Of a DNA stretch of 64,000 bases, positions 47,517 through 56,981 are shown piece after piece. Position 1 is the first letter of the stretch. Every line of letters begins with the position of its first letter. The stretch is from a virus. The notes beneath the pieces are model-generated. The model was not told the DNA's origin. It saw nothing but the letters and a program-made list of their open reading frames with translations, and ran no database searches. The position numbers and the translations under genes were made by a program. The DNA is taken from positions 96,001-160,000 of the IMG/VR virus record IMGVR_UViG_3300032220_000699; one strand, given 5' to 3'.

Positions 47517-50330
47517 TTAGTACTTGATGTAACTTACAGTGTCAAACTTTTCACTTGTAGAAAGATCTGGCAATGCAAAAACTGTTGACTGATCAACTGG
47601 GTCAACTGCTGCAATTGTGCCATCGTAATAAGGAGAATAGTCATTGAGACCATCAAGAATAGGAGCACTCCAAACTGCTGCAGAAGTAGCACCAGGTTGT
47701 AAAACACCGCCGACTGAATAAATTCTATTTTTAGTAGCAAAAATAGAATGATAGTAACCAGAAAATGGTAAAGTTGCACCAGATGTCCATCCACCTAAAG
47801 TACCATCTTCATTTATATTAGCTGACCAAATAACAGTTATATTAGAACTACCATTTGAACCAGTGATTAAATATACACGATTTTTAGTGATAAAATTTTG
47901 ACTATAGGCAATGTTGACAGGGAATGTCCCTAAACTAACCCATGTCCCTATTAAACCATCATTATTAATCGTAGCTGTATAATAATTAGGTGTAACACTA
48001 CCACCAGCGTTATAACCACCACAAAGATATATACGATTCTTGGTGATAAATACAGCAGCACTATGAACATTTATAGGTAAAGCTGTTGAGGTACTCCATG
48101 TACCTAATGTGCCATCGGAATTGACGGGGGCGGTATAAACATAAGAAGTTGCTGAATTTCCGTCAGAAGTACCAATCAAATAAACACGATTCTTAGTAAC
48201 AATTGCCTTTGACCAAGCTCGACCAGCAACTAAATTTGTTCCGCTTGACCAAGTGCCTAAAGTACCGTCAGCATTAATCGGAGCTGTGTAAACACTACCG
48301 CTAATAGCTCCGTTCCAACCGCCAATTAAATGTACTCTATTTTTAGTTACAATGGCTTGAGCATAAGCAAAATTGCCTGGTAATATATTTGTTTGTGTGG
48401 TCCAAGTGCCAAGAGTACCATCAGCATTGATAGGCGCAGTATATACTGATGTTGTGTAAGAATTAGCAGCAACACCACCTAGTAGATAAACGCGATTTTT
48501 AGTGACAATTGCTGATGATCCGTGTAATGTTACTGGTAAATTGGTACCAGCAACCCAACCAGTAATATCTGTAGTTTGTGCTGTATTAATCTGATACTGT
48601 TGTTCCCAAGGACGACCAGATCCGGAAACTGTATAATTAATATTATCTTCAGTGTAATATGCAGAATAATCGTTCATACCACCAGAAATATTTGCTATAT
48701 AAACTGTAGAAATACCATATCCACCTAAGGTATAAAGTTTATTCTTTAAAGCTAAAGCATATGACTGTGCCAATGCACCTGGCATGGATGTACCAAGTAC
48801 CCATGTACCAATAGTACCATCAGCATTGATAGGCGCTATCATAACTGTAGAAACAGGTGATCCAGCAGTGTTAGTTCCACCAAGTAAATATACACGATTT
48901 TTGGTAACATAAGGTGTTGCTGTCCAAACAGCGATAGGTAATGAATTAGATACTAAACTCCAAGTACCTAGTGTACCATCGCTGTTAATTGTAGTAGTAT
49001 AGATTTTAGAGAAAACCTCTGAAGCATTTCTACCACCACAAAGATAAACACGGTTCTTAGTTAAAACAGTTGCAGCACAATAAAAACCTTCAGGCAAAGC
49101 AGTGCCTGATGTCCAAGCACCTAAAGTACCGTCGCTATTAATAACAGCATAATAAACAGTGGCGACATAAGAATTTCCAGAATTGCCACCAGCTAAATAA
49201 ACCCTACTGTTGGTGATAATTAAATGAACATTCGAAATAGCTGCTGGTAAGGCTGTGCCAGTAGTCCAAGTACCGATAGTACCATCAGCATTAATAGGTG
49301 CTGTATAGACAGTTGTCACAGAGTTATTACCATCTGTGCTACCACCAAACAAATATATACGGTTTTTAATTATAGTTACTTGTGAGTAACACAAAACACC
49401 AGGTAAAGCTGTCGCTGTGGCCCACGCGTTTAAACTACCATCAGCTTGAATTGTGGCAGTGTACACCGCTGAACTAGCCGAAACACCTGCTATAAAACCA
49501 CCAATAACATAAACACGATTCTTGGTAACAACAGCCTGAGCTGTAGAAAGATTAGCAGGTAAAGCTGTTCCAGTAACCCAACCGCTTATATCAGAATTTT
49601 GTGTTTCATTGATATTGTATTGTTGCTGCCATGGGCGGCCAGAAGTAAAGTGTTTCTGTTTACTAAATCTGTCACCTATAATGGCATATAAAGAACTATA
49701 CGTTGTTTTACTAATCTCAGCGCCGTTACACTTCAAGAAACCGCTAGGTGTGGTAGCGTAAGGTTTACGAATAATATCACCAACAGCAATACCAGAAGAA
49801 GAACTTAGTGTCAGATCAACATACTGTTTAGTAACAGCCTGCATGTTACCAACAACAGAACCATTAAATGTAAGGAAACCAGTTAAAGTTCCACCGGATA
49901 AACTTATTCCATCGTTGATTCCATAACCAGCTAATGTCGTGGGTTTGTTAGTTGTTATCTTATCCCAACTAACATTCGTGATATCGTCAGAAATTAATAC
50001 CGATCCACCTGTGACGCGACCTTTGGAGTCAACCGATGGTTTAACATAGTCACCAGCAGTAATACCAATAGGTGCTAAATTAATTGTTGAGGAACCTGCT
50101 GGTTTTACAATATCACCAGCAAAAGAAGGAAGACGTGCCGAAGGCAGTGTACCAGTTGTTAAATTGCTTGCGTTAAGATTAACCATCGACGAGTCGACGT
50201 ACTGCTTAGTCGCAGCTTCAAGAGGTTCGCTCGGGTTTCCAGCAAGAATCAGAGCACCAGTCAATTGACCACCGTTAAAAGTGAAACCTCCGGTGCTATT
50301 ACCACCGTTCGAGTAAACTCTAGCTCTCAT
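47517..50330 (-). CDS. tail-fibre-like protein: fibre repeats, tail-collar domain and two six-bladed Kelch-type propellers
   Basis: AATKQYVD, KPTTLAGYGI, PSGFLKCNGAEISKTTYSSLYAIIG, 12 KNR(V/I)YLxGG-type repeats, STVFALPDL. Confidence 0.8.
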   Translation of the reverse strand: MRARVYSNGGNSTGGFTFNGGQLTGALILAGNPSEPLEAATKQYVDSSMVNLNASNLTTGTLPSARLPSFAGDIVKPAGSSTINLAPIGITAGDYVKPSVDSKGRVTGGSVLISDDITNVSWDKITTNKPTTLAGYGINDGISLSGGTLTGFLTFNGSVVGNMQAVTKQYVDLTLSSSSGIAVGDIIRKPYATTPSGFLKCNGAEISKTTYSSLYAIIGDRFSKQKHFTSGRPWQQQYNINETQNSDISGWVTGTALPANLSTAQAVVTKNRVYVIGGFIAGVSASSAVYTATIQADGSLNAWATATALPGVLCYSQVTIIKNRIYLFGGSTDGNNSVTTVYTAPINADGTIGTWTTGTALPAAISNVHLIITNSRVYLAGGNSGNSYVATVYYAVINSDGTLGAWTSGTALPEGFYCAATVLTKNRVYLCGGRNASEVFSKIYTTTINSDGTLGTWSLVSNSLPIAVWTATPYVTKNRVYLLGGTNTAGSPVSTVMIAPINADGTIGTWVLGTSMPGALAQSYALALKNKLYTLGGYGISTVYIANISGGMNDYSAYYTEDNINYTVSGSGRPWEQQYQINTAQTTDITGWVAGTNLPVTLHGSSAIVTKNRVYLLGGVAANSYTTSVYTAPINADGTLGTWTTQTNILPGNFAYAQAIVTKNRVHLIGGWNGAISGSVYTAPINADGTLGTWSSGTNLVAGRAWSKAIVTKNRVYLIGTSDGNSATSYVYTAPVNSDGTLGTWSTSTALPINVHSAAVFITKNRIYLCGGYNAGGSVTPNYYTATINNDGLIGTWVSLGTFPVNIAYSQNFITKNRVYLITGSNGSSNITVIWSANINEDGTLGGWTSGATLPFSGYYHSIFATKNRIYSVGGVLQPGATSAAVWSAPILDGLNDYSPYYDGTIAAVDPVDQSTVFALPDLSTSEKFDTVSYIKY

Positions 50331-50433
50331 GTTAACTCCTTATGTTGGATAACTGTATAAAAAAGAAATGCTGTGTTTTAAGGTCAAATGATGCAATAAC
50401 AAGAGAGAGGATAAACCTCTCTCTTGTCCTTTT

Positions 50434-51429
50434 TTAGTCTAAGAATTCAATCAATTCAGCAGTCTTATCAAAGCAATTATCTTTAGTTTCAATGATGGCT
50501 TTTAGACGACCAATAACTTCAAGTTTAAAAGCCATATCATCATAACCATTAATAAATTCGATAGTCTCTGCATTCAGTTCAGTTTCTTGACGCTGAACAG
50601 CAGTAAGACCGGAATAATAACGTTCAAGATCTTCTTTATAACGATTTAGATTCTCAATAGCAGATTTACCATACTGAACTAAACCTGACAAAGAAAGTTC
50701 GTTCTTAGCCGGAAGATAACTAACAGTGTTATAAAGATCACTCAGTGTTTCACTATAATAGATAGCACTGAACATATCAATTAAAACACCATTATATTTT
50801 TCATATTCAAGCTTGGAGTCATCCATATGAAGAATAACATCCATCTTTTCAGTATAAAGATCGACCAAACGGTTTTCTTGATTTTGTTCCTGAGAAACAA
50901 ATGCTTTATATTCCACAACTGTCGGAGGAACATTTTTAAATACCTCAGCTTTACCAGATACCATCGAAGTAAAAGCCTGGAAATAATTAACTAAAATCTC
51001 AACCATTGGAATATGATTTTCAATTAAAGCTTTCAGATCATATAACTTATCAGAAATATCTAAACTCAGTTTGTGTTCAATATTTGCATTAAACACTTTA
51101 TCCATCAGTTCCTTATTAATAATAGAAGGAGCCGAAGTTAATTTAGCTTGTTCTACCTTACCGATTTCAGGTAACATGGTAAAGACTTCCATCGCAATAC
51201 CACGATCTACTCGCGGCATAGTAGCAATGTTATTCTTTAACACAAGCAAGTTAAACATAGTGTTCACTTTTTCAAGTGTTTCCTTTGAGAAACGCTGAAC
51301 ACTAAACTGTTGACCATTTTTCTTGGCATCAGTGATAACGACATTCTCTGTAGCAATACCAGCGTCTTCCGGAGTTTCTACATTAGTCACGTTATCTTTG
51401 ATGTCGTCAAGGATATCACCTAAGCTCAT
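50434..51429 (-). CDS. putative virion protein
   Basis: 331 aa; acidic N-terminus. Confidence 0.6.
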   Translation of the reverse strand: MSLGDILDDIKDNVTNVETPEDAGIATENVVITDAKKNGQQFSVQRFSKETLEKVNTMFNLLVLKNNIATMPRVDRGIAMEVFTMLPEIGKVEQAKLTSAPSIINKELMDKVFNANIEHKLSLDISDKLYDLKALIENHIPMVEILVNYFQAFTSMVSGKAEVFKNVPPTVVEYKAFVSQEQNQENRLVDLYTEKMDVILHMDDSKLEYEKYNGVLIDMFSAIYYSETLSDLYNTVSYLPAKNELSLSGLVQYGKSAIENLNRYKEDLERYYSGLTAVQRQETELNAETIEFINGYDDMAFKLEVIGRLKAIIETKDNCFDKTAELIEFLD

Positions 51430-51432
51430 GGT

Positions 51433-51942
51433 TTACCCCGCTAAAACAGGTTGAGCAATAGCGCCTTCTTGTCCACTATCTGTAACCATTTTGCTTTTGA
51501 CTTCTGAAGTCAAAGAACGGAATACATCAGACATATAGTTTGCATTATTAAGAATATCACCAACAGCGCACATATATGTCACATCGACATATCTAGGCAG
51601 GTTAGAAATATCATCAATAACAGAATTCGGACAATCGCGGAAGAATGTTGCCGGAGGATTATACGCCACCGAAGCACGCCACAAAGTGAGATCGCCGATC
51701 AGTTTTTCAAGAATAGCGACTTGATCTTCACTCATGAATGAATACATATTCAGACTCCAAACAACTTCATCAACGAAGCGTTTGTGATTCAGAATAAATA
51801 GACGGACATTGTCTTCGTCAGCAGGCATCAAAGGAAGAGAATCAGCAATCGCTTTGGCAAGCAAAAATACTTCACCCTTTTGCAATGAACGCTGGTTGAG
51901 AGCATTCAGCTTGTTTGAAAGATCTTGAGAGAATTGGTACAT
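51433..51942 (-). CDS. hypothetical protein
   Basis: 169 aa; AAGGAG RBS. Confidence 0.65.
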   Translation of the reverse strand: MYQFSQDLSNKLNALNQRSLQKGEVFLLAKAIADSLPLMPADEDNVRLFILNHKRFVDEVVWSLNMYSFMSEDQVAILEKLIGDLTLWRASVAYNPPATFFRDCPNSVIDDISNLPRYVDVTYMCAVGDILNNANYMSDVFRSLTSEVKSKMVTDSGQEGAIAQPVLAG

Positions 51943-51952
51943 GTTTAACTCC

Positions 51953-53281
51953 TTAGTTTACCTTAAGTTGTTGTGCTTTGACAAAGAGAAGATTGTTGAG
52001 ATTATTTTCAATGGATTGCTGTAATCCAATATAGTAATTGTTGTTCCTGTTACTGGACAACAAGATATCTGCAATATGACTTCTGACATCTTTGAAGTAC
52101 ATCGATTTCTCTATGACTTCATTGATAAAGATAAACTGAGATAACAAATCTTTAACCAACTCTTCAGGAAGATTAATGTTCTTAAGATTATTAACAATTG
52201 AATTCTTAACACGATTATAACGTTCCAGTGGGAAATCATAAGTCATCGTGCTAGAATCACTATTATAAAGAATAACGATAACAGCCATCATAACAATAGC
52301 TCCAGGCACCTTAAAGAAAGCCAGGAAGAAAATGCTAAGCAACATATCAATAAACAAAAGAATGCTATAAGTCATACGGTTATTATCACGGACTAAACCA
52401 TAACGACGATTCAGTTTATTCAAACCACTGACAAGTTCTTTACCCATATTAAACCGAGCAGCGAAGCTATCTGCTAAGTTTTCAAAGTTGGTTTCGTCAT
52501 ATTTAGAATTACCCATTTGAGTTTTAATTTCATCCAAATAAGCAAGCGCGACCTTACCATAGAAGTCATTAACTTCCTTGGAATTAGTAACACTGATTTC
52601 TTGGAACTCTTTTTGAGTAAAATGTTTCTTAAATGTATAAACAGCCTTATCGGGATTATTGTTATTCATCTCGTTAAGGATATCAGCAATAGTTGAATTG
52701 GTTGTTTCAAGTTTGTGATGGTATTCTAAACCACCAAAAGCATGACCAAGTTCATGGAGAATGATTGCAGTCAGTTCAGCCGGCTCAATTTCTGATTGAC
52801 GCAATGCAAAGAAATCAATAATCAGATAGTGTTTAATCTCTGAAAGATAACCACCAACCCGAGCATTTTTAAAATCAACATAACCTTTTCGATTATGTAG
52901 TTTAGCAAGGATGATTTTCTTTTCTTTCTCAATTTCATTAACATGTTTAAACACATCATTGAACTTGAAAATAGCAGAGAACTTATCACTACCAATATTT
53001 TTCATGCTACTTAGATCGGCTAAGTAGTCACTAAAGAAAGGAATGATAGCAGCAGGATAAAAGACATGAAGTTCTTTATCAAATACCACATTCATATTGA
53101 AACGATTACAGATCAATGTCTGAATCTCTTTAATATAACCAGACTTTTCAATCAAAGTCTTATTGTCCATATAGATATTGTTCTCAATTTCTTTATAGAC
53201 GTATTCTATCTTTTCTGTAAGCTTCTGAGGAAAAGTATCATTATTCTGATACTTTATCATCTCCTGTGAAATCGTTTTCAT
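51953..53281 (-). CDS. virion-cluster protein with an HEXXH zinc-peptidase motif and a membrane segment
   Basis: IILHELGH...FENLADSFA; hydrophobic stretch near residues 300-340. Confidence 0.65.
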   Translation of the reverse strand: MKTISQEMIKYQNNDTFPQKLTEKIEYVYKEIENNIYMDNKTLIEKSGYIKEIQTLICNRFNMNVVFDKELHVFYPAAIIPFFSDYLADLSSMKNIGSDKFSAIFKFNDVFKHVNEIEKEKKIILAKLHNRKGYVDFKNARVGGYLSEIKHYLIIDFFALRQSEIEPAELTAIILHELGHAFGGLEYHHKLETTNSTIADILNEMNNNNPDKAVYTFKKHFTQKEFQEISVTNSKEVNDFYGKVALAYLDEIKTQMGNSKYDETNFENLADSFAARFNMGKELVSGLNKLNRRYGLVRDNNRMTYSILLFIDMLLSIFFLAFFKVPGAIVMMAVIVILYNSDSSTMTYDFPLERYNRVKNSIVNNLKNINLPEELVKDLLSQFIFINEVIEKSMYFKDVRSHIADILLSSNRNNNYYIGLQQSIENNLNNLLFVKAQQLKVN

Positions 53282-53478
53282 AGAAACCTTTGGCCGGAAA
53301 TAATTAATTCAAAAAATGAACGAAACTAGTAAGAAAAGACTACCAGAGGGTATTTCCCTCTGGTAGTTAATCCCATCAAAAAGGAGAGAGAAAACAAGGA
53401 AAACAACTCTAGCCGCCACCAGATCAATTCACTGCGCCCGCAAAAACACACTGAATCTACAGTCTTCCCAAATAATTA

Positions 53479-55185
53479 CTACTCATCCAGGTATTTATCG
53501 ATCTCAAGCATATTAGGCATACCGAACATTACATGAAAATATTCCAGCATGTTCGCGTTACCTAAACAAATACTTAAGTTCATTTCTCTAAAGGTATCCT
53601 CTCGAACACCTTCAATCTTAATAATTTCATTAACACAAGTTTCTTTAGATACATTACCTACTTGTGTACAAGAAGGATATGCAGCTGTGGCATCCTGGTC
53701 ACAAACAACACCACGCATGTTAGTTACAACATCCGGATATTCTTCAAGACACTTAAGACCTTCGGCTAATAATAAGTTCTGAGGAAGAAGTTGAATCCAA
53801 CCTTTTAAGTCAAGAGTATTATACTTCTTGACATCGTATTCATCGTCTTCTTCTTCATCATCATCTGTTTCTATACTATCTGCTTCTAACTCTTCTTCTG
53901 GTTTAGCTTGTTTAGGAACAGTACCAATAACACGATTACGTTCTAAACCAAATAAGAAAAGTGCATCAACAATCTTTTTAGGATTCGAATTGAACTTAGC
54001 AAAGTCAGTAATCGCTGCAAAGGAAGGAAGTGAACTTTTCAAATCCTTAATCTTCTCGTCGAGTTCCAACATTCCGAGACAATCGTAAAAGTTATAGACA
54101 ATATATTCAACAGGATAATTTTCCTGCATAAAGATATGCCACTTTTCTCCTGAATAAGCGTCAGCTTCTTTAAACTTTAACTTGCCACCGATCTCTTCTT
54201 TCTTGAGAATAGCATCAAGTGCGTAACTAGGTTCTTCTTGTTTAGCCATACGAAGTTGACGATAAACACACATTGCGTCAATAACGTAGAACTTAGAAGT
54301 AGATGTAAGAGTATGCCACTGAAGAGATGGATTAATTGGTTTAACCACACCAGAGGCTGTAACTTTCTTTTTGATACCTTGTTTATATCGACAAATACGA
54401 TATTTACGAGGAACAGATTTATCACAGATAACATCAACAGGATTGACGTTCTTTTCTTTAAGACGTTCTAGAATTCGCGGTATGTCGAAGTCCATGTTCC
54501 AAATTGCTAGAAAGTCAGGACCCCACTCATTTGCAACTTCAAAAACATCTGTTAACAAATCAACTTCATTATCAAATGTTCTTACAGTGATATCAAAATC
54601 TTTATACTTAGGGATATAGTAATCAACTGCGTCATGAACACGTTTATCAAGATTACTAACATTCTTAACAAACCTACTTAGAACAGACGAGTGAATTCTA
54701 TTACCAAAACAAATGGTGGCAATAATAACTTCTCGAGTAGCAATATCTGTTTCAATATCGAATGCAGAGACTTTATAATTCGATTGAACAAAATCATTGC
54801 GTTTTAAACTTGTATACTTAATCAATGATGTTGACGTAATGTCATAACCATAGACATAAGGGGAATTTTTAATCTCATCGGGTTTGCTAGCCATCCAAGG
54901 TGAACCAAGCAAACCAGCGACAGCTTTGTTAATGTCAGACTGAATGACATCCTGTCGCATAAGACGATCAACTTCTTCAAACTCTTTCTTTTCTTTATGA
55001 TTACGAAAAGCTTGTTGCGTTACCCAAATAGGACGTTTAAAGTCTTTTGTTAAAAAAGTTTGTGGTTCTGTTGATCCATCTGCATAAGTAATTTGCTGCT
55101 TTACGTAATGCATATCTTCCCGGAAGTCTGTCCTAGGGATATGTATTGCAAAACGTATTTCTTTCTTTACAATGTCTTTAGCCAT
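53479..55185 (-). CDS. split family-B DNA polymerase subunit (3'-5' exonuclease plus motif A)
   Basis: ExoI FDIETD, ExoII WNMDFDIP, ExoIII YNFYD, motif A DQDATAAYPS; motifs B and C not seen. Confidence 0.8.
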   Translation of the reverse strand: MAKDIVKKEIRFAIHIPRTDFREDMHYVKQQITYADGSTEPQTFLTKDFKRPIWVTQQAFRNHKEKKEFEEVDRLMRQDVIQSDINKAVAGLLGSPWMASKPDEIKNSPYVYGYDITSTSLIKYTSLKRNDFVQSNYKVSAFDIETDIATREVIIATICFGNRIHSSVLSRFVKNVSNLDKRVHDAVDYYIPKYKDFDITVRTFDNEVDLLTDVFEVANEWGPDFLAIWNMDFDIPRILERLKEKNVNPVDVICDKSVPRKYRICRYKQGIKKKVTASGVVKPINPSLQWHTLTSTSKFYVIDAMCVYRQLRMAKQEEPSYALDAILKKEEIGGKLKFKEADAYSGEKWHIFMQENYPVEYIVYNFYDCLGMLELDEKIKDLKSSLPSFAAITDFAKFNSNPKKIVDALFLFGLERNRVIGTVPKQAKPEEELEADSIETDDDEEEDDEYDVKKYNTLDLKGWIQLLPQNLLLAEGLKCLEEYPDVVTNMRGVVCDQDATAAYPSCTQVGNVSKETCVNEIIKIEGVREDTFREMNLSICLGNANMLEYFHVMFGMPNMLEIDKYLDE

Positions 55186-55192
55186 ATGTCAC

Positions 55193-55468
55193 CTATGTTA
55201 GAACCAGACCTGTTTCACAATCTATTATTAAAGTATAGGTATCATACTTATCGAGTTTTTCACTTACTCTATTTAATATTCTTTCTTTATTTAAATTCAT
55301 TTGTGTTACTATAATAGAAGTGGCTGCTAATACATCAGCAATTTCTTCTTCTAATTTTAATATATTTTTATCTTTAGGTTTAATGATAGTCTTACAAGTG
55401 ATATGTTGTAGTTCACCACACTCTTCAGCTAACTTAACTAGGTTAAAAGTTTTACTGAGTTTCTTCAT
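55193..55468 (-). CDS. MazG-like NTP pyrophosphohydrolase
   Basis: KLAEECGEL...LEEEIADVL. Confidence 0.8.
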   Translation of the reverse strand: MKKLSKTFNLVKLAEECGELQHITCKTIIKPKDKNILKLEEEIADVLAATSIIVTQMNLNKERILNRVSEKLDKYDTYTLIIDCETGLVLT

Positions 55469-55647
55469 CTATAAACTCTGTTCATCATCAAATGACCTTC
55501 AATATCAAATACTTCATATTCAAGACCATTGTAAACAATCTTTAATTTATCTTTAGCTTTAGCTTGGACATGAAATCCATTTATATGATATTCTTTATTT
55601 ACAATATTAACTTGAACAGGGGTCTTATTGGTGACATCAGACGACAT
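55465..55647 (-). CDS. hypothetical protein
   Basis: 60 aa, coupled. Confidence 0.5.
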   Translation of the reverse strand: MSSDVTNKTPVQVNIVNKEYHINGFHVQAKAKDKLKIVYNGLEYEVFDIEGHLMMNRVYR

Positions 55648-55888
55648 CTAAAGCCTCCTTTGTCCACTTAACATGGTTGCGATAGTACACAATCCAAAAT
55701 GCAATGTTCATTGGTAAAAAACCCCAGGTAGCTGTGGTAACAATCCAAACTAACCAAAAGAACTGATTAAACAAACCAAGTAACCATGCCTTAGGATGTT
55801 TATTTCCAGTAAGAACAGCCATGTAAATTGTTATAGCGCTAAGTATCCATGGCAGTATAGTCTCAATGAACCACATGAGAATCTCCAA
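55637..55888 (-). CDS. small PnuC-like membrane protein (half-size)
   Basis: Three Trp-rich hydrophobic helices; GNKHPKAWLLGLFNQFFW...RNHVKW pattern. Confidence 0.55.
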   Translation of the reverse strand: MEILMWFIETILPWILSAITIYMAVLTGNKHPKAWLLGLFNQFFWLVWIVTTATWGFLPMNIAFWIVYYRNHVKWTKEALDVV

Positions 55889-55958
55889 TTTATAATCATC
55901 CCATTTCTATAAAAATAAAAAAAAAAAGAAGAGACTTCGGTCTCTTCTTAGTTTATTG

Positions 55959-56174
55959 TTAAGCGCTATCTTCTTTACGCCGTTTAAATTCGCAAAGACT
56001 TATTACGGTCATGGTTTCTTCCAAATCCAATATATCCTGGTGTGATTTACCATCTAACTTGTCATACCAGACAGTTAGAAATAATAAAAACATACCACCG
56101 GTTAACAAGGACATAAAGATAAAATAATATCCGTAATACATCAAAGCGGTTTCAATCAAGTAAAACATTGACAC
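55959..56174 (-). CDS. small membrane protein
   Basis: 71 aa with a long hydrophobic N-terminus. Confidence 0.5.
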   Translation of the reverse strand: MSMFYLIETALMYYGYYFIFMSLLTGGMFLLFLTVWYDKLDGKSHQDILDLEETMTVISLCEFKRRKEDSA

Positions 56175-56226
56175 AACTCCTTTCTGTTTAAGTCAGATAC
56201 TATATATGTTATTCAAAAAATTCCCA

Positions 56227-56481
56227 TTAACTTACTTCATCAAACTTCTCACAAAACTCGTCAGTGTTTCTAACATATACATCATTAGGTAATAATAGTC
56301 TTATAATAACTGCTCTAAACTTAGTAAACCAACTTTGTTTTTTGGTATATATAATAGCTTTTTCATTTCTACGATCATTATTACAATCTGTACAAATAGT
56401 TATAACTTCATATAAATTACCATGTTTTTTATTACGGTATGACATCTTATTCCTTTTCATGAAAAGATACCACTGGATCAC
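56227..56481 (-). CDS. DUF1653-like protein
   Basis: YRNKKHGNLYEV...IIY...VYVRNTDEFCEKF. Confidence 0.7.
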   Translation of the reverse strand: MIQWYLFMKRNKMSYRNKKHGNLYEVITICTDCNNDRRNEKAIIYTKKQSWFTKFRAVIIRLLLPNDVYVRNTDEFCEKFDEVS

Positions 56482-56495
56482 CAGTGGTATCTTCT

Positions 56496-56981
56496 TTAGT
56501 CCGGAATATCCGGAGCTTTAGGTTTAGCATTTTCAAGATCTTTAAGAACCTGTTCATTAACACGATTCTTTTTCTTATCTACTTCATCAACAACACGAAG
56601 CATCTCGATAATTTCAAACTTAGGACGATTCAAGAAATCATCAAAAGACATTCCTAGTTTCTTCCCAAGTTCTTTCATGATAAATGTAGAGAGATAACCA
56701 TCCCAAAGAAAATCTTTAAGATAGTTCTCAGCAGGATTAAATTGAACTAGAGCTAACGGATTACTTGTAGTTGTGTGGTCACAAATACCAAATGTTGTCT
56801 CGTAGAGTTCAATAAAGAGCTGACGGCCGTAGACATAATTCGGGATCTTAGAACTTTTAATTGTTGCTAAGGTTTCTCGAATAAATCGATCGAAATCGAC
56901 TTGATGACCAAAGCCGTAACCAGCTATATATCTTAGACTTCCCTCTCCATTATTTTCGAGATACGGAGAGTAATCAATGTA
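56496..56981 (-). CDS. -1 frame ORF (161 codons) probably reached by frameshift; T-like part of a tail assembly chaperone
   Basis: Frame stays open from the T8 run (56988-56981) to TAA at 56496, with no ATG/GTG/TTG until 56678. Confidence 0.65.
   Translation of the reverse strand, partial: YIDYSPYLENNGEGSLRYIAGYGFGHQVDFDRFIRETLATIKSSKIPNYVYGRQLFIELYETTFGICDHTTTSNPLALVQFNPAENYLKDFLWDGYLSTFIMKELGKKLGMSFDDFLNRPKFEIIEMLRVVDEVDKKKNRVNEQVLKDLENAKPKAPDIPD

Noticed and set aside
47600-49650. CRISPR-like or DGR-like DNA repeats (e.g. GTACCATCAGCATTGATAGGCGC recurring)
   Set aside because: In-frame degenerate Kelch coding repeats; no spacers, cas genes or reverse transcriptase
53370-53470. Short GC-richer spacer after the polymerase stop as a possible sRNA
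   Set aside because: Only weak stems and too short to support
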